Below are positions 39,986-48,820 of a stretch of 64,000 nt of DNA, piece by piece; the first letter of the stretch is position 1; each line of letters starts with the position of its first letter. Both the position numbers and the translations under genes were made by a program. The notes beneath the pieces are model-generated. The model saw only the letters and a list, made by a program, of their open reading frames with translations. It was not told the DNA's origin and searched no databases. This DNA is from a virus. The DNA lies in IMG/VR virus record IMGVR_UViG_3300033143_008750, positions 1 through 64,000 of that record; one strand, 5' to 3'.

Positions 39986-40032
39986 TAAATAGCCACTATG
40001 TTCAGGAACAGTGCCAATTACGGCATAAATAC

Positions 40033-40060
40033 AAGGGAGCATCACGCTCCCTTTTATTTT
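40033..40060 (+). terminator. Rho-independent terminator
   Basis: AAGGGAGC-ATCAC-GCTCCCTT then TTATTTT. Confidence 0.75.
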
Positions 40061-40078
40061 ATATACAGGAAATCATAG

Positions 40079-40498
40079 ATGAGTGACCAATTTACAGACG
40101 AACAACTCCTAAAAATGGCAATGGGCGTCCCCGATGAAGATACAAAAGAAATTTCTGAATTGATGAAATTAAAATCTGAATGGGAAATTGTGCCTACGCG
40201 TGGAAGAGACATACTTACAAAACGTAAGAAAATGCGCCATAATATGTTTAAAATAATCAAAAGAATGAAGCGTGAACTAGAATTGCTTCCTGAATTAGAA
40301 GCAATCAAACAAATCATAGATCCGCAACTAAACGCGAACCATCAAATTAACTGGGCTACATTTACATTCTATTGGGATATTCATCCTAAGGATCATACAA
40401 AAATCATCACAAAAGATCGCTGGTTTGCTGAAGGCGGAAGCTATGATGATCTAGGTGCGTTACGACCTACAGCATTCACAGAACAAGAAATTGATTAA
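40079..40498 (+). CDS. Hypothetical protein
   Basis: 139 aa ORF with AGGA RBS. Confidence 0.7.
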   Translation: MSDQFTDEQLLKMAMGVPDEDTKEISELMKLKSEWEIVPTRGRDILTKRKKMRHNMFKIIKRMKRELELLPELEAIKQIIDPQLNANHQINWATFTFYWDIHPKDHTKIITKDRWFAEGGSYDDLGALRPTAFTEQEID

Positions 40499-41065
40499 AT
40501 GAAAATACTGTACACGCTAGGCAATTACATCTATTGCGGCCATCAAGTCTTATGTTATATGATAAACAATAAGAATGAATGTGTAGAAGATTTTCAAAAA
40601 GAAACTGAAAAATGTTTTGCAGCATCTATGCAGCCAAAGAATCACATGTTTCATGGTCACTCAGAATTAGAAGGAATGGATGCTGAACCTCCGATTGTAG
40701 GTGATGTTATTTGGACGCACACCTCAGGAAATCAATATATCGCAGCAGGAATTTGGCAAGAGTCTCCTACAGCGCCAATCAATTTTGACGCATTGCGACT
40801 TATCATGCGTAGTCTACAGCGCAAAGCGATAGAACTAAAGCAATTACAAGTGTCTATCCCACTATTAACAAGAGACCACGACCTTAATCTATGGAACTTC
40901 ATCTATCCTATAATCGAAGAAGAATTCAAAGATGTTGATGTACAAGTAATCGTTCATATTCCTACAGAGGAAGAACTGCTGACCTTGTTAGATAACATAG
41001 GCGGTACGTTTAACGAACTCCAACGCAAGTCACCCGAGATACGATTCGCACAATCTAAGAAATAG
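40499..41065 (+). CDS. Degenerate macrodomain-like protein
   Basis: Layout KILY..GN...GDV...FDAL....SL......SIP.....W....PIIEE matches Poa1p/T4 tk.4-type macrodomains, but the Gly-rich loops are absent. Confidence 0.5.
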   Translation: MKILYTLGNYIYCGHQVLCYMINNKNECVEDFQKETEKCFAASMQPKNHMFHGHSELEGMDAEPPIVGDVIWTHTSGNQYIAAGIWQESPTAPINFDALRLIMRSLQRKAIELKQLQVSIPLLTRDHDLNLWNFIYPIIEEEFKDVDVQVIVHIPTEEELLTLLDNIGGTFNELQRKSPEIRFAQSKK

Positions 41066-41103
41066 TGATAAATAAGGGTATACGTTAAACGAGACCTTTA
41101 TTA

Positions 41104-42672
41104 ATGCCTCACTTCAATGGCCCAAGTTTGTTAATCACACAAGATGCACCTACAGCAGGTGTATTGAACCTTAGTGTGGAAATAGATATGTACAGCAAAT
41201 GGAAAGAGTGGACTATTGGTAGATACTTTTTCGATACAGAAACAGATGTAAATGGCACAACAGAACGTATTTCCTACACAGACCATAGTCTATATACAGG
41301 ACAAGCGGTAACTTATCGTAAAGATGGTGGCACCGAAAATATTGGACTAGTTAATGATACAGAATATTTTATTCGCGCAGATTTTAATCCTGGGCCTGCT
41401 TATAATAGAAATGAGTTTGAGCTATACGATACAAAAGTAAATGCAGAAGCAGGCCCCGTAACTACAACTGGCCGTATTGACTTAACTGCATCAGGCGGCG
41501 GTAGCGGCGAAACACACAGACTCACAGCAGATAATTCAAAATTTATTAATGCGTTTCGTACAATTGGTGGTGACCCTTTGACTCCAGGCGTAGAAGCTGG
41601 ACCATATTTCTTCCTCCAAAATCAAGATGTTTTTGGTGGTGATGGTTGGCGTATCATTAGCACAGACGAAAATCAAACTCTTAACTATCAAGGCAACTTA
41701 GTTGGTGAAGATTCAGCAAAAGAGCTTATTATTCCTACCCCTACCAGAACTGTACTTCACTTAGGATTGCAGCCAATTACGCAGCGTGTAGATGAAATTT
41801 TAACACAGACCCAGCTTGGTCTATTTAATGGTGCAGTTCACATTGACACAACTGGTGCTGGTGTTGCAGGAACAGAATTCCCTACAGGAACAGAAAGCGT
41901 TCCTGTAGACAATCTAACAGATGCACTTTCGATTGCAGCTACACTTAGTTTTCACAGATTCGTTGTTCGAGGAACAATCACTTTTGGAAGTGCAGCAGGT
42001 GAAACTAGTTGGATTGGTAACAGCACCGATGCTGCTATCAATATCAACAATCAAGATATTTCTGGTACACACTTTGAAGGTGTAACATTATCAGGAACAC
42101 TCGCAACAGTTACAGACCATATCATAATTAATAATTCTACAATCAATACATTAACAGGATTCCGTGGGACAATAACTAGTTCTTCTATTGCAGGCCCAAT
42201 ACAATTAGTGTCTGGAGATACTAAACTTTTCAATTGTGTTTCAGATATTGCAGGCGCATCATCATTTATAATTGATGCAAACGGACAAACAGGCATTATT
42301 TTAGCAGTACGAGGTCTTAATGGCGGTATTGAATTAGAAAACTTTACGCAAAGTGATACCATTTGTACACTCGGAATAAATACAGGAAAAGTTACGATTG
42401 CAGCTAGTTGTACTGATTTTAGTGATTTACAAGTACGTGGTGTAGCAACATTGAATAATTTATCAGCAGTGGTAGCAGGGTTAGGTAAGACCATTGATAC
42501 AAGTGCGCTCGTAGATGCTACGGATCTTATGATAACAAGACAAATGGTTGCTGGTAATGTAGTAGTCTCTCTTGACGATCTTACTGTAACTGTCTATGAT
42601 GAAGATGGTACAACTATACTAGTAGTACTCGACGTTAGTGCAGACGGTAGAATCAGAACGAGAACAACTTAA
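41104..42672 (+). CDS. Virion structural protein (tail-associated)
   Basis: Late promoter at 41067; contains the same 'H.L.TG....Y...GG....GL....YF' module; beta-helix-like middle region. Confidence 0.72.
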   Translation: MPHFNGPSLLITQDAPTAGVLNLSVEIDMYSKWKEWTIGRYFFDTETDVNGTTERISYTDHSLYTGQAVTYRKDGGTENIGLVNDTEYFIRADFNPGPAYNRNEFELYDTKVNAEAGPVTTTGRIDLTASGGGSGETHRLTADNSKFINAFRTIGGDPLTPGVEAGPYFFLQNQDVFGGDGWRIISTDENQTLNYQGNLVGEDSAKELIIPTPTRTVLHLGLQPITQRVDEILTQTQLGLFNGAVHIDTTGAGVAGTEFPTGTESVPVDNLTDALSIAATLSFHRFVVRGTITFGSAAGETSWIGNSTDAAININNQDISGTHFEGVTLSGTLATVTDHIIINNSTINTLTGFRGTITSSSIAGPIQLVSGDTKLFNCVSDIAGASSFIIDANGQTGIILAVRGLNGGIELENFTQSDTICTLGINTGKVTIAASCTDFSDLQVRGVATLNNLSAVVAGLGKTIDTSALVDATDLMITRQMVAGNVVVSLDDLTVTVYDEDGTTILVVLDVSADGRIRTRTT

Positions 42673-43541
42673 TGGTTTCACGTTGGTCTAACTTTCCTAT
42701 CTTTACTGCTCGTAACGGGCAGATCAAAGTTCTACCTATTTACATGGATCCGCCTATTGCAGTAGGTGTTACTTCTGATATTGTTATGGGTGGTTGCGCT
42801 CCTGTCACATTTATTGATGTAGGCGCAGGCGCAAGTACTTTCTGCTACTTCCCAAGTTCAATACACAGTGTCAATGTACTCAGTGATGCACACATCATTG
42901 TTAGTACAGGCGGTGTGTTATGTGCTACATATATCGTCCCGCCTTACGGAGTTGAACTTGAAGGCACAGCACCAATCACAGTTACACTTGGTGGTGTTAC
43001 AGAGTTTTGCTATCCAGCAACGGGTGGCGTTACAATGGGCGGCGCCGCAAATGCTACGTTTACAGAAGGCGCAGGCCGCGGCGGCAAGGGTACTCCATAT
43101 TGGAAGCGCCAACGTCAAGCACAGCCTACACATCACTTCTATTCAGCAGAAGCGTTTTTCGAAAACACGCTACAGTTGGGTGGTGCAGCAGACGCAAGAT
43201 TCAGTCCAGCACCCTATCAGTTCATCAAGTCGCTACCAAAAGTACCTTATACTCCACCAAGGAGAGATTCAGAGTTTGTTGAGTTATTCAAGGAACTTGA
43301 AGCGCAGCCGCGAACGACTACGTTTAGCTATGAAGCTAGTGGTGGTGTAGTTGCTGCAGGTAACGCAAAGGATAAACACTTTGATTTTAGAAACTTCATC
43401 ATTATGAATGATGAGGATATACTCATTTCTGATGTTTTATCAACAAACGGCAGCCCGTTTATTACAACCACCTTCGATAAAAACTTAGCACAAGCAAGAC
43501 GAGAGGATGAAGAAGTTATAGAGATTTTCGAATTACTATAA
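42672..43541 (+). CDS. Late structural protein with 'F.Y...GGV...G.A' repeats
   Basis: TAATG coupling; repeated GGV/MGG.A.. units; acidic C-terminus. Confidence 0.65.
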   Translation: MVSRWSNFPIFTARNGQIKVLPIYMDPPIAVGVTSDIVMGGCAPVTFIDVGAGASTFCYFPSSIHSVNVLSDAHIIVSTGGVLCATYIVPPYGVELEGTAPITVTLGGVTEFCYPATGGVTMGGAANATFTEGAGRGGKGTPYWKRQRQAQPTHHFYSAEAFFENTLQLGGAADARFSPAPYQFIKSLPKVPYTPPRRDSEFVELFKELEAQPRTTTFSYEASGGVVAAGNAKDKHFDFRNFIIMNDEDILISDVLSTNGSPFITTTFDKNLAQARREDEEVIEIFELL

Positions 43542-43542
43542 C

Positions 43543-43566
43543 AAAAAAGCCCCTTTCGGGGCTTTA
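43543..43566. terminator. Bidirectional terminator between convergent genes
   Basis: AAAAAAGCCCC-TTTC-GGGGCTTT. Confidence 0.8.
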
Positions 43567-43595
43567 GTATTATTACTTATTGAAATATTAAAGTA

Positions 43596-44228
43596 TTAGC
43601 TTCCTTGTAGATCAGCTTCCGTGCGACCACTTGGGCCTGCGCCGTCGTCAACTCCAACAATCGGCCATAGGTAAGTATTTCCACCTACTGCAGGGAATGT
43701 CTTAACTGTTCTAGCGTTAATAATTCTAGCATTTTGTAGTGGCGGATCAGCATCTGGTGCATCACCGATATTCTGTGTACTATCTGAGTAGCCTGTACCA
43801 GCACCGTTAAGTGCGACAGATGCTAGTGAACCATTTGATACTGTGTAATCAAGCGTACCAGCCGTGCCACCTGCAATTGATACTGCTGTGCCAGCAGCCC
43901 AATAACCGTAGCCTGCGTTAGCAATTACTACTGTATCAATTATGCCGCCCGTTTGTGTGATTGTCACTGTAGCTTGTACAACTGACTGAGCATTCTCAGG
44001 CTGTACAGTTACCTGCATCTCGCCTACTGCGCTAGGTGTTGCATTTACTAATGTGCAAACTAAATTATTTGCTGGTGTTGCTGTTTCAGCAACCAAATAC
44101 TTAGAATTTGATCGTTGTGAAACAATGTGTGCTGTAACATTACCAGAACCTACATCGGCTGTGCAAGCGATCTGAAAACCGCCGCCTACAGGGTCACCGA
44201 AAAATTTCTTATTTAATGGACGTCCCAT
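43596..44228 (-). CDS. Late virion protein (MGRPLNKKFFG family)
   Basis: The only credible minus-strand gene; GAGG RBS; GATAAATA late box on the minus strand (44332-44339); G.GY repeats. Confidence 0.8.
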   Translation of the reverse strand: MGRPLNKKFFGDPVGGGFQIACTADVGSGNVTAHIVSQRSNSKYLVAETATPANNLVCTLVNATPSAVGEMQVTVQPENAQSVVQATVTITQTGGIIDTVVIANAGYGYWAAGTAVSIAGGTAGTLDYTVSNGSLASVALNGAGTGYSDSTQNIGDAPDADPPLQNARIINARTVKTFPAVGGNTYLWPIVGVDDGAGPSGRTEADLQGS

Positions 44229-44505
44229 TTTAATTTCCTCTTCTTATATCGAGAGCTACATTGCTCTACGAGTCAGTGGTCGTCGCTTTTCGAAAAACGA
44301 CTTACTGAACAGAATACTTTATCTGCAACGTTATTTATCATTATACTAAATAAAAGCATAGACACAAAGAAAAAGAAACCACTAAATGAATGGAAAGCCC
44401 AAACATACCTCAAAAGTAAGTAAAAAAATAAAAAGAAGATAAATACTTGCTGAAAGAGGTTGACAAATTGAGTTAACTCCGCTATAATACACGAGGATTA
44501 AACGA

Positions 44506-44778
44506 ATGAAAAGTTTCCTGATTACACTATTTTTGCTTTCACCACTGGCGATTGCAGATGAAATACTTATCACAGATGTAGCGATAAAAGCAGGAGATCA
44601 AGTCATAGTATATGTAGATGATATTGGTCGGTTCGTGACAGTTACAACAGAGAACGATGTAAAAATCGTATTTGATGCAGAAGACGTACTACCTGGAAGA
44701 CATGAAGTTTTAGTTCGCGTAGTAAATGGTAAGTTAAGAACAGTTAAAGAAATAAAGAAAACGATTGAAGTTGATTAA
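44506..44778 (+). CDS. Secreted/periplasmic small protein
   Basis: Consensus promoter 44460-44488; signal peptide ending AIA. Confidence 0.7.
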   Translation: MKSFLITLFLLSPLAIADEILITDVAIKAGDQVIVYVDDIGRFVTVTTENDVKIVFDAEDVLPGRHEVLVRVVNGKLRTVKEIKKTIEVD

Positions 44779-44869
44779 TTTCAACAATACTAACACAACA
44801 CAGGAGGCACACGCATGGCACTCACTATCTAGACTATATTAATATCAATATAGTTAAAATGGAGTTATT

Positions 44870-45322
44870 ATGCGTGGAAGAGGAGATCGACGGTATCTCA
44901 CAGAGAAATACCAACGGAAGCAAGTCAGACTAGCATATACATTCGTATATGATAAACCATATGACCAAGAACGATATATTCGAACGGAGTTTGCGCGAAA
45001 GCGAAGATTCTACGATATATTGCGCGAGAATTATGTACAGCACAAATACTGGCATTCAGAAAAATGGATGCTGAGTCAAAGCGGGAACGAACATACGATT
45101 TCGCGAGAGGAGTTAGGACGTTACAGGAATCATTCTTTTGATGATTGCGGTAAACCAAAATGTCCAGGATGCAGTAATCCTCGACGGGGTTATGGATGGT
45201 ACGACAAAGCGGATGAGTTAATAACAATGCAGGAACGAAAAGCAGAGTTACATTTGAAAGAAGAATTGAAATTTTATAAGGAGAGAAAAAATGAAAAGGT
45301 TAAAAGCATTATTGCAAGATGA
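44870..45322 (+). CDS. Basic protein with CxxxxCxxCxNPR zinc-type motif
   Basis: DCGKPKCPGCSNPRR...TMQERK; GGAG RBS. Confidence 0.75.
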   Translation: MRGRGDRRYLTEKYQRKQVRLAYTFVYDKPYDQERYIRTEFARKRRFYDILRENYVQHKYWHSEKWMLSQSGNEHTISREELGRYRNHSFDDCGKPKCPGCSNPRRGYGWYDKADELITMQERKAELHLKEELKFYKERKNEKVKSIIAR

Positions 45323-45413
45323 TCTGACAGTCGCGGTGCTAGTATTCGTAGCAACGTGGTCAGCAGTTGTTGCCGCAGTAGCGATCCCATTGTCGCCTTT
45401 GTTTTGATGGAAG

Positions 45414-45565
45414 TAAGTCCTTGATTTATAAAGAAATTTATAAGTCACTGATTTAAGAATAACACATGAAACCCTCGTAAGTCTTTGATTTGCGAGGGTT
45501 TTTAGTGCTTGACTTTAGGAAAGATTTTCCGTATAATGTACGTAATAGTTAGGAGAGAGACCCAC
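45414..45565 (+). promoter_or_regulatory. Early promoter cassette with IHF-consensus sites and upstream terminator
   Basis: Sites at 45414, 45441 (1 mismatch) and 45478; AAACCCTCG/CGAGGGTTT hairpin; TTGACT 45509-17-TATAAT 45532. Confidence 0.8.
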
Positions 45566-46350
45566 ATGTCCGCATATATTTCAACTCGCGATCTGCATTT
45601 TCAAAGTGTTGGTCGTAGTTTCTTTCAAGAAATTTCTTGCCTGCCCGATAAACGTATTCCGTTGATGCAAGTGTATCCTGATTCGTGCGACGTAGGTTTT
45701 TATCTCGTTTCACATTCCACTGGAATGAAAATCAAAATGGTCGAAAGCGAAGTGAAGCGTGTTGGTGGCGAGATTATTTCGTGGACGTTTCGTCCAGTTG
45801 ACAAGAACGCTCCGATCAATAACGTCGTTATCGTAAACGATTAGGAAATCAAATGACTCTCAAAGAAATGATTGAACAGCATCCTGAGTGGGCTGATTTA
45901 GACGTAGTCCTTTATACTGACAGCGGCGACTACGAATACGTAGGTGCAAGCGCAAGTGTTTACGCTGTCAAAAGCAGCCCGAACCTACCGCATCCAGTTT
46001 TGGTTTTCTCGGCGAATTAAATAATGAGTAATATAATCTTGTCCTGTATTTGCATCCTTAGTGTCATTGTCCATGTTTGGCTAATGATACGATCAAATAG
46101 AAAAGCTGGATTGCTCCTAACCGAACAGGTAATGCGATAATGAGTGACCAAACGACAATTATTGAAGTTGATACCGAATTCGGTTGCTTGGTTGTAAATC
46201 ATGTTATTGAATCTACACTTACTAAATTTGATTTGGTGCGTGTCACTTCTCATTATGAAGTACTTGTTGATGATGTAGTAAAGCATACATCAAATGATCC
46301 AGAGGATATCATGCGGGCACTTGGACATTACATTGCAGGACTCTCATAAC

Positions 46351-47052
46351 ATGCCTAAAATTATAGCTAGAAAATGTCCGTTCACGAAAAAGCTTTACGA
46401 AACCCGAAGCGGGTATCGTAGACATTTATTGAAGCTGCGCAAAGAGCGCAATGCTGAACGATCAATTTGGATCACGCAGCGCGATGCACGAAACAAGGCT
46501 CTAGATGCTCTTGGTAAGGTGACTACGATCTCCGAACTTAAGAAAGCTGTGATGGCGCAGTACACGAATATGATGATTGCATCATGGGGAACTGACACTA
46601 AGAAAATTGCAATCGCGAAGAAAATTCGTATGGTCGATTTTGATTTGACAAAGTTACGTTATGAAGAACGGACAAGCAACACACATGCTTGTCCACGCAA
46701 TGGTGTAACAAATTGGGGTTGCAAGGATGAGGATGGACCGAGAGGATATCCTGGCTTTTCTGGCCGCATTAATTATGCGCTGATAGTTCCGAAGGGCTTT
46801 GATGGTTGGTTTGCAGACTTTAGCAATACACTCCAAAGCTTCGGCATTCACACTGGAACAGGCGGTTCAGGAAGCATAGGTCCAAAGAATTCAGACAAGT
46901 ACAGTTACGATGTGAGAATTTTTGTTGATGATTTCTCAGGTATTGATGCGCACGTTGATGAATTACTTGAAGTCTATAAAAAGATTGTGTTTACAAAGAA
47001 ACTCAAGAATGAACGAATCCATGATCCTGTTTTTACTTCGGTATTGGCTTGA
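46351..47052 (+). CDS. Conserved large-phage hypothetical protein
   Basis: KCP.T.K.Y....Y..HL; SNTHACP.NGVTNW; GYPGF.GRI; GIHTGTGG. Confidence 0.75.
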   Translation: MPKIIARKCPFTKKLYETRSGYRRHLLKLRKERNAERSIWITQRDARNKALDALGKVTTISELKKAVMAQYTNMMIASWGTDTKKIAIAKKIRMVDFDLTKLRYEERTSNTHACPRNGVTNWGCKDEDGPRGYPGFSGRINYALIVPKGFDGWFADFSNTLQSFGIHTGTGGSGSIGPKNSDKYSYDVRIFVDDFSGIDAHVDELLEVYKKIVFTKKLKNERIHDPVFTSVLA

Positions 47053-47336
47053 AATATGAAACTTACTAAACATCAAGAAAATATTATGACTTTCCTTGCG
47101 TCTCGGCATAAAACTAGCTCTAAGTGGGTAACTGCCACAGATGCATCACGCGCATGTGGCTCTAATTATAGTCAACAATCAAGTACTTCTTGGGCTTTGC
47201 CTAAATTGCGAACTCTTGTTAAGAAAGGCTTACTTATTAGTGCTACATATACAAATCCTATAAGCGGCAATGATGCATATATGTTTTCATTGAATCCTGA
47301 AACCAAGACTGCGTTTCGGTTATTGCTTAAGGTAGA

Positions 47337-47672
47337 ATGATGAATGAATTTCACCTTTTAATTGACGATTTTCGCACGTATGACATGGATCATACAGCGC
47401 GAACAGCGCAGGATGGCCGACAGGCTCTCTTGTCGTTTCCTGTGACTCACTTGTACATGGATCACGATTTGGGTGAACATAGTGACACAGACGGATATAA
47501 AGTAGTCGTTTGGGCATTAGAGCGAGGCGTGTGCCCTGCTCATGTTCAACTAGTTACATCGAATCCTGTTGGCCGTGACAACATGGCAGCAGCACTTGAA
47601 AATGCTGGCTATACAAAAACAGTTATAGTAAGCGGCATACAATATGTACAAGGAATTATAACAGATGTCTAG
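47337..47672 (+). CDS. Cyclic-phosphate-processing receiver-domain protein
   Basis: LLIDDFR, LYMDHDLGE, GY.V..W and TSNPVGR.NM motifs. Confidence 0.75.
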   Translation: MMNEFHLLIDDFRTYDMDHTARTAQDGRQALLSFPVTHLYMDHDLGEHSDTDGYKVVVWALERGVCPAHVQLVTSNPVGRDNMAAALENAGYTKTVIVSGIQYVQGIITDV

Positions 47673-48222
47673 ATTACGCATTTCAAAAAACGGCATGCAC
47701 GAAGACTTTAACAAAGTCGCAGCTATCAAAGCTGTTCGACAGTTATGTGGAATTGGCTTGAAGGAAGCTAAGGATGCAGTAGAGGAAGCTATGACAGGTA
47801 CAGTTGTGGTCATAGCAGATTTAACTCCGCATTCTTCATCACAAATGTCTAGTCAGGATGCGCATGAAAATCTCCGCGCGCAAGGAATGGAATTGCTCAG
47901 AGGCACTTCTAAGACTGAATTTATTGTACAAGCAATTCGTGAATCTGCAAAGCTGGCCGCAGACGAAGAAGAAAATAATCTTGCAATCTTGCTCCTTGAC
48001 GTATTGCGTCAACACGAAATTGACGTAGCTGAAAAAGAAGAAAATTGGAGGATTGCGCAAGAACAAAACAAAATGAGAGCGCACAACGAAAAAGTACGCA
48101 GAGAGGAACAAGATAAAATCCGCGATCAGCAAGAGCGACGTTTTCAAGAATCGAGGAAACGTAAGCATGATGAAGAAGTAAACATAGGAGCATACCAACC
48201 ATCAGAGGATAGCTTTCGATGA
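47665..48222 (+). CDS. Ribosomal protein L7/L12 C-terminal-domain-like protein with a charged helical tail
   Basis: NKVAAIKAVRQLCGIGLKEAKDAVE. Confidence 0.8.
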   Translation: MSRLRISKNGMHEDFNKVAAIKAVRQLCGIGLKEAKDAVEEAMTGTVVVIADLTPHSSSQMSSQDAHENLRAQGMELLRGTSKTEFIVQAIRESAKLAADEEENNLAILLLDVLRQHEIDVAEKEENWRIAQEQNKMRAHNEKVRREEQDKIRDQQERRFQESRKRKHDEEVNIGAYQPSEDSFR

Positions 48223-48820
48223 AAGTCTATTACATAACAACCTTCGGAAATAACGTATTTTATGTTCACGCTCCGAGCGGCGAGGAAGCAATAGCGCATC
48301 TTGTTGAGCAGGTAACGAAATACTATTTCAAGCACAATCTTAAAGGCGACGATGTTGCTACGCCGCCAACAACACTTGGAAAAAATATCATTGTCGAATT
48401 AGGAATGCACAAAAGTATTATTACTGACAAGGATATAGTTGCTGAGGATGTAACTGCGGTTGCATACATATTTTCATCTGCTGGCAAACCTTATTGGAAG
48501 GATTGGGATTTATCAGTTAGCAATGTATTACAAGACGCATAATGTATATCGTCGGACAAGCACGTAATCCTGAGGATGACAACGACGCTGATCGTTGGAC
48601 ACTTGAAATACACAGGGTGTCAGATACAGACATAAATGATATTGAGCATTACTGTTGCATAGAGATACACGAAGATACACTTGATTTGTGTTTGTTGAAA
48701 GCTAAAATCATCTGCAATGTCTTTAATGACAAAGGATTTGTAGGTGCAGAAACAATGGTCAAGAAATTGAATTCAGAACAGAAAAATATACCACAAATTT
48801 AACTAAGAAGTGAGATCCAC

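Noticed and set aside
33360-43541. Diversity-generating retroelement or invertible tail-fibre cassette
   Set aside because: No reverse transcriptase, recombinase, or near-identical template/variable repeat pair was seen. The repeated modules are similar only at the protein level.
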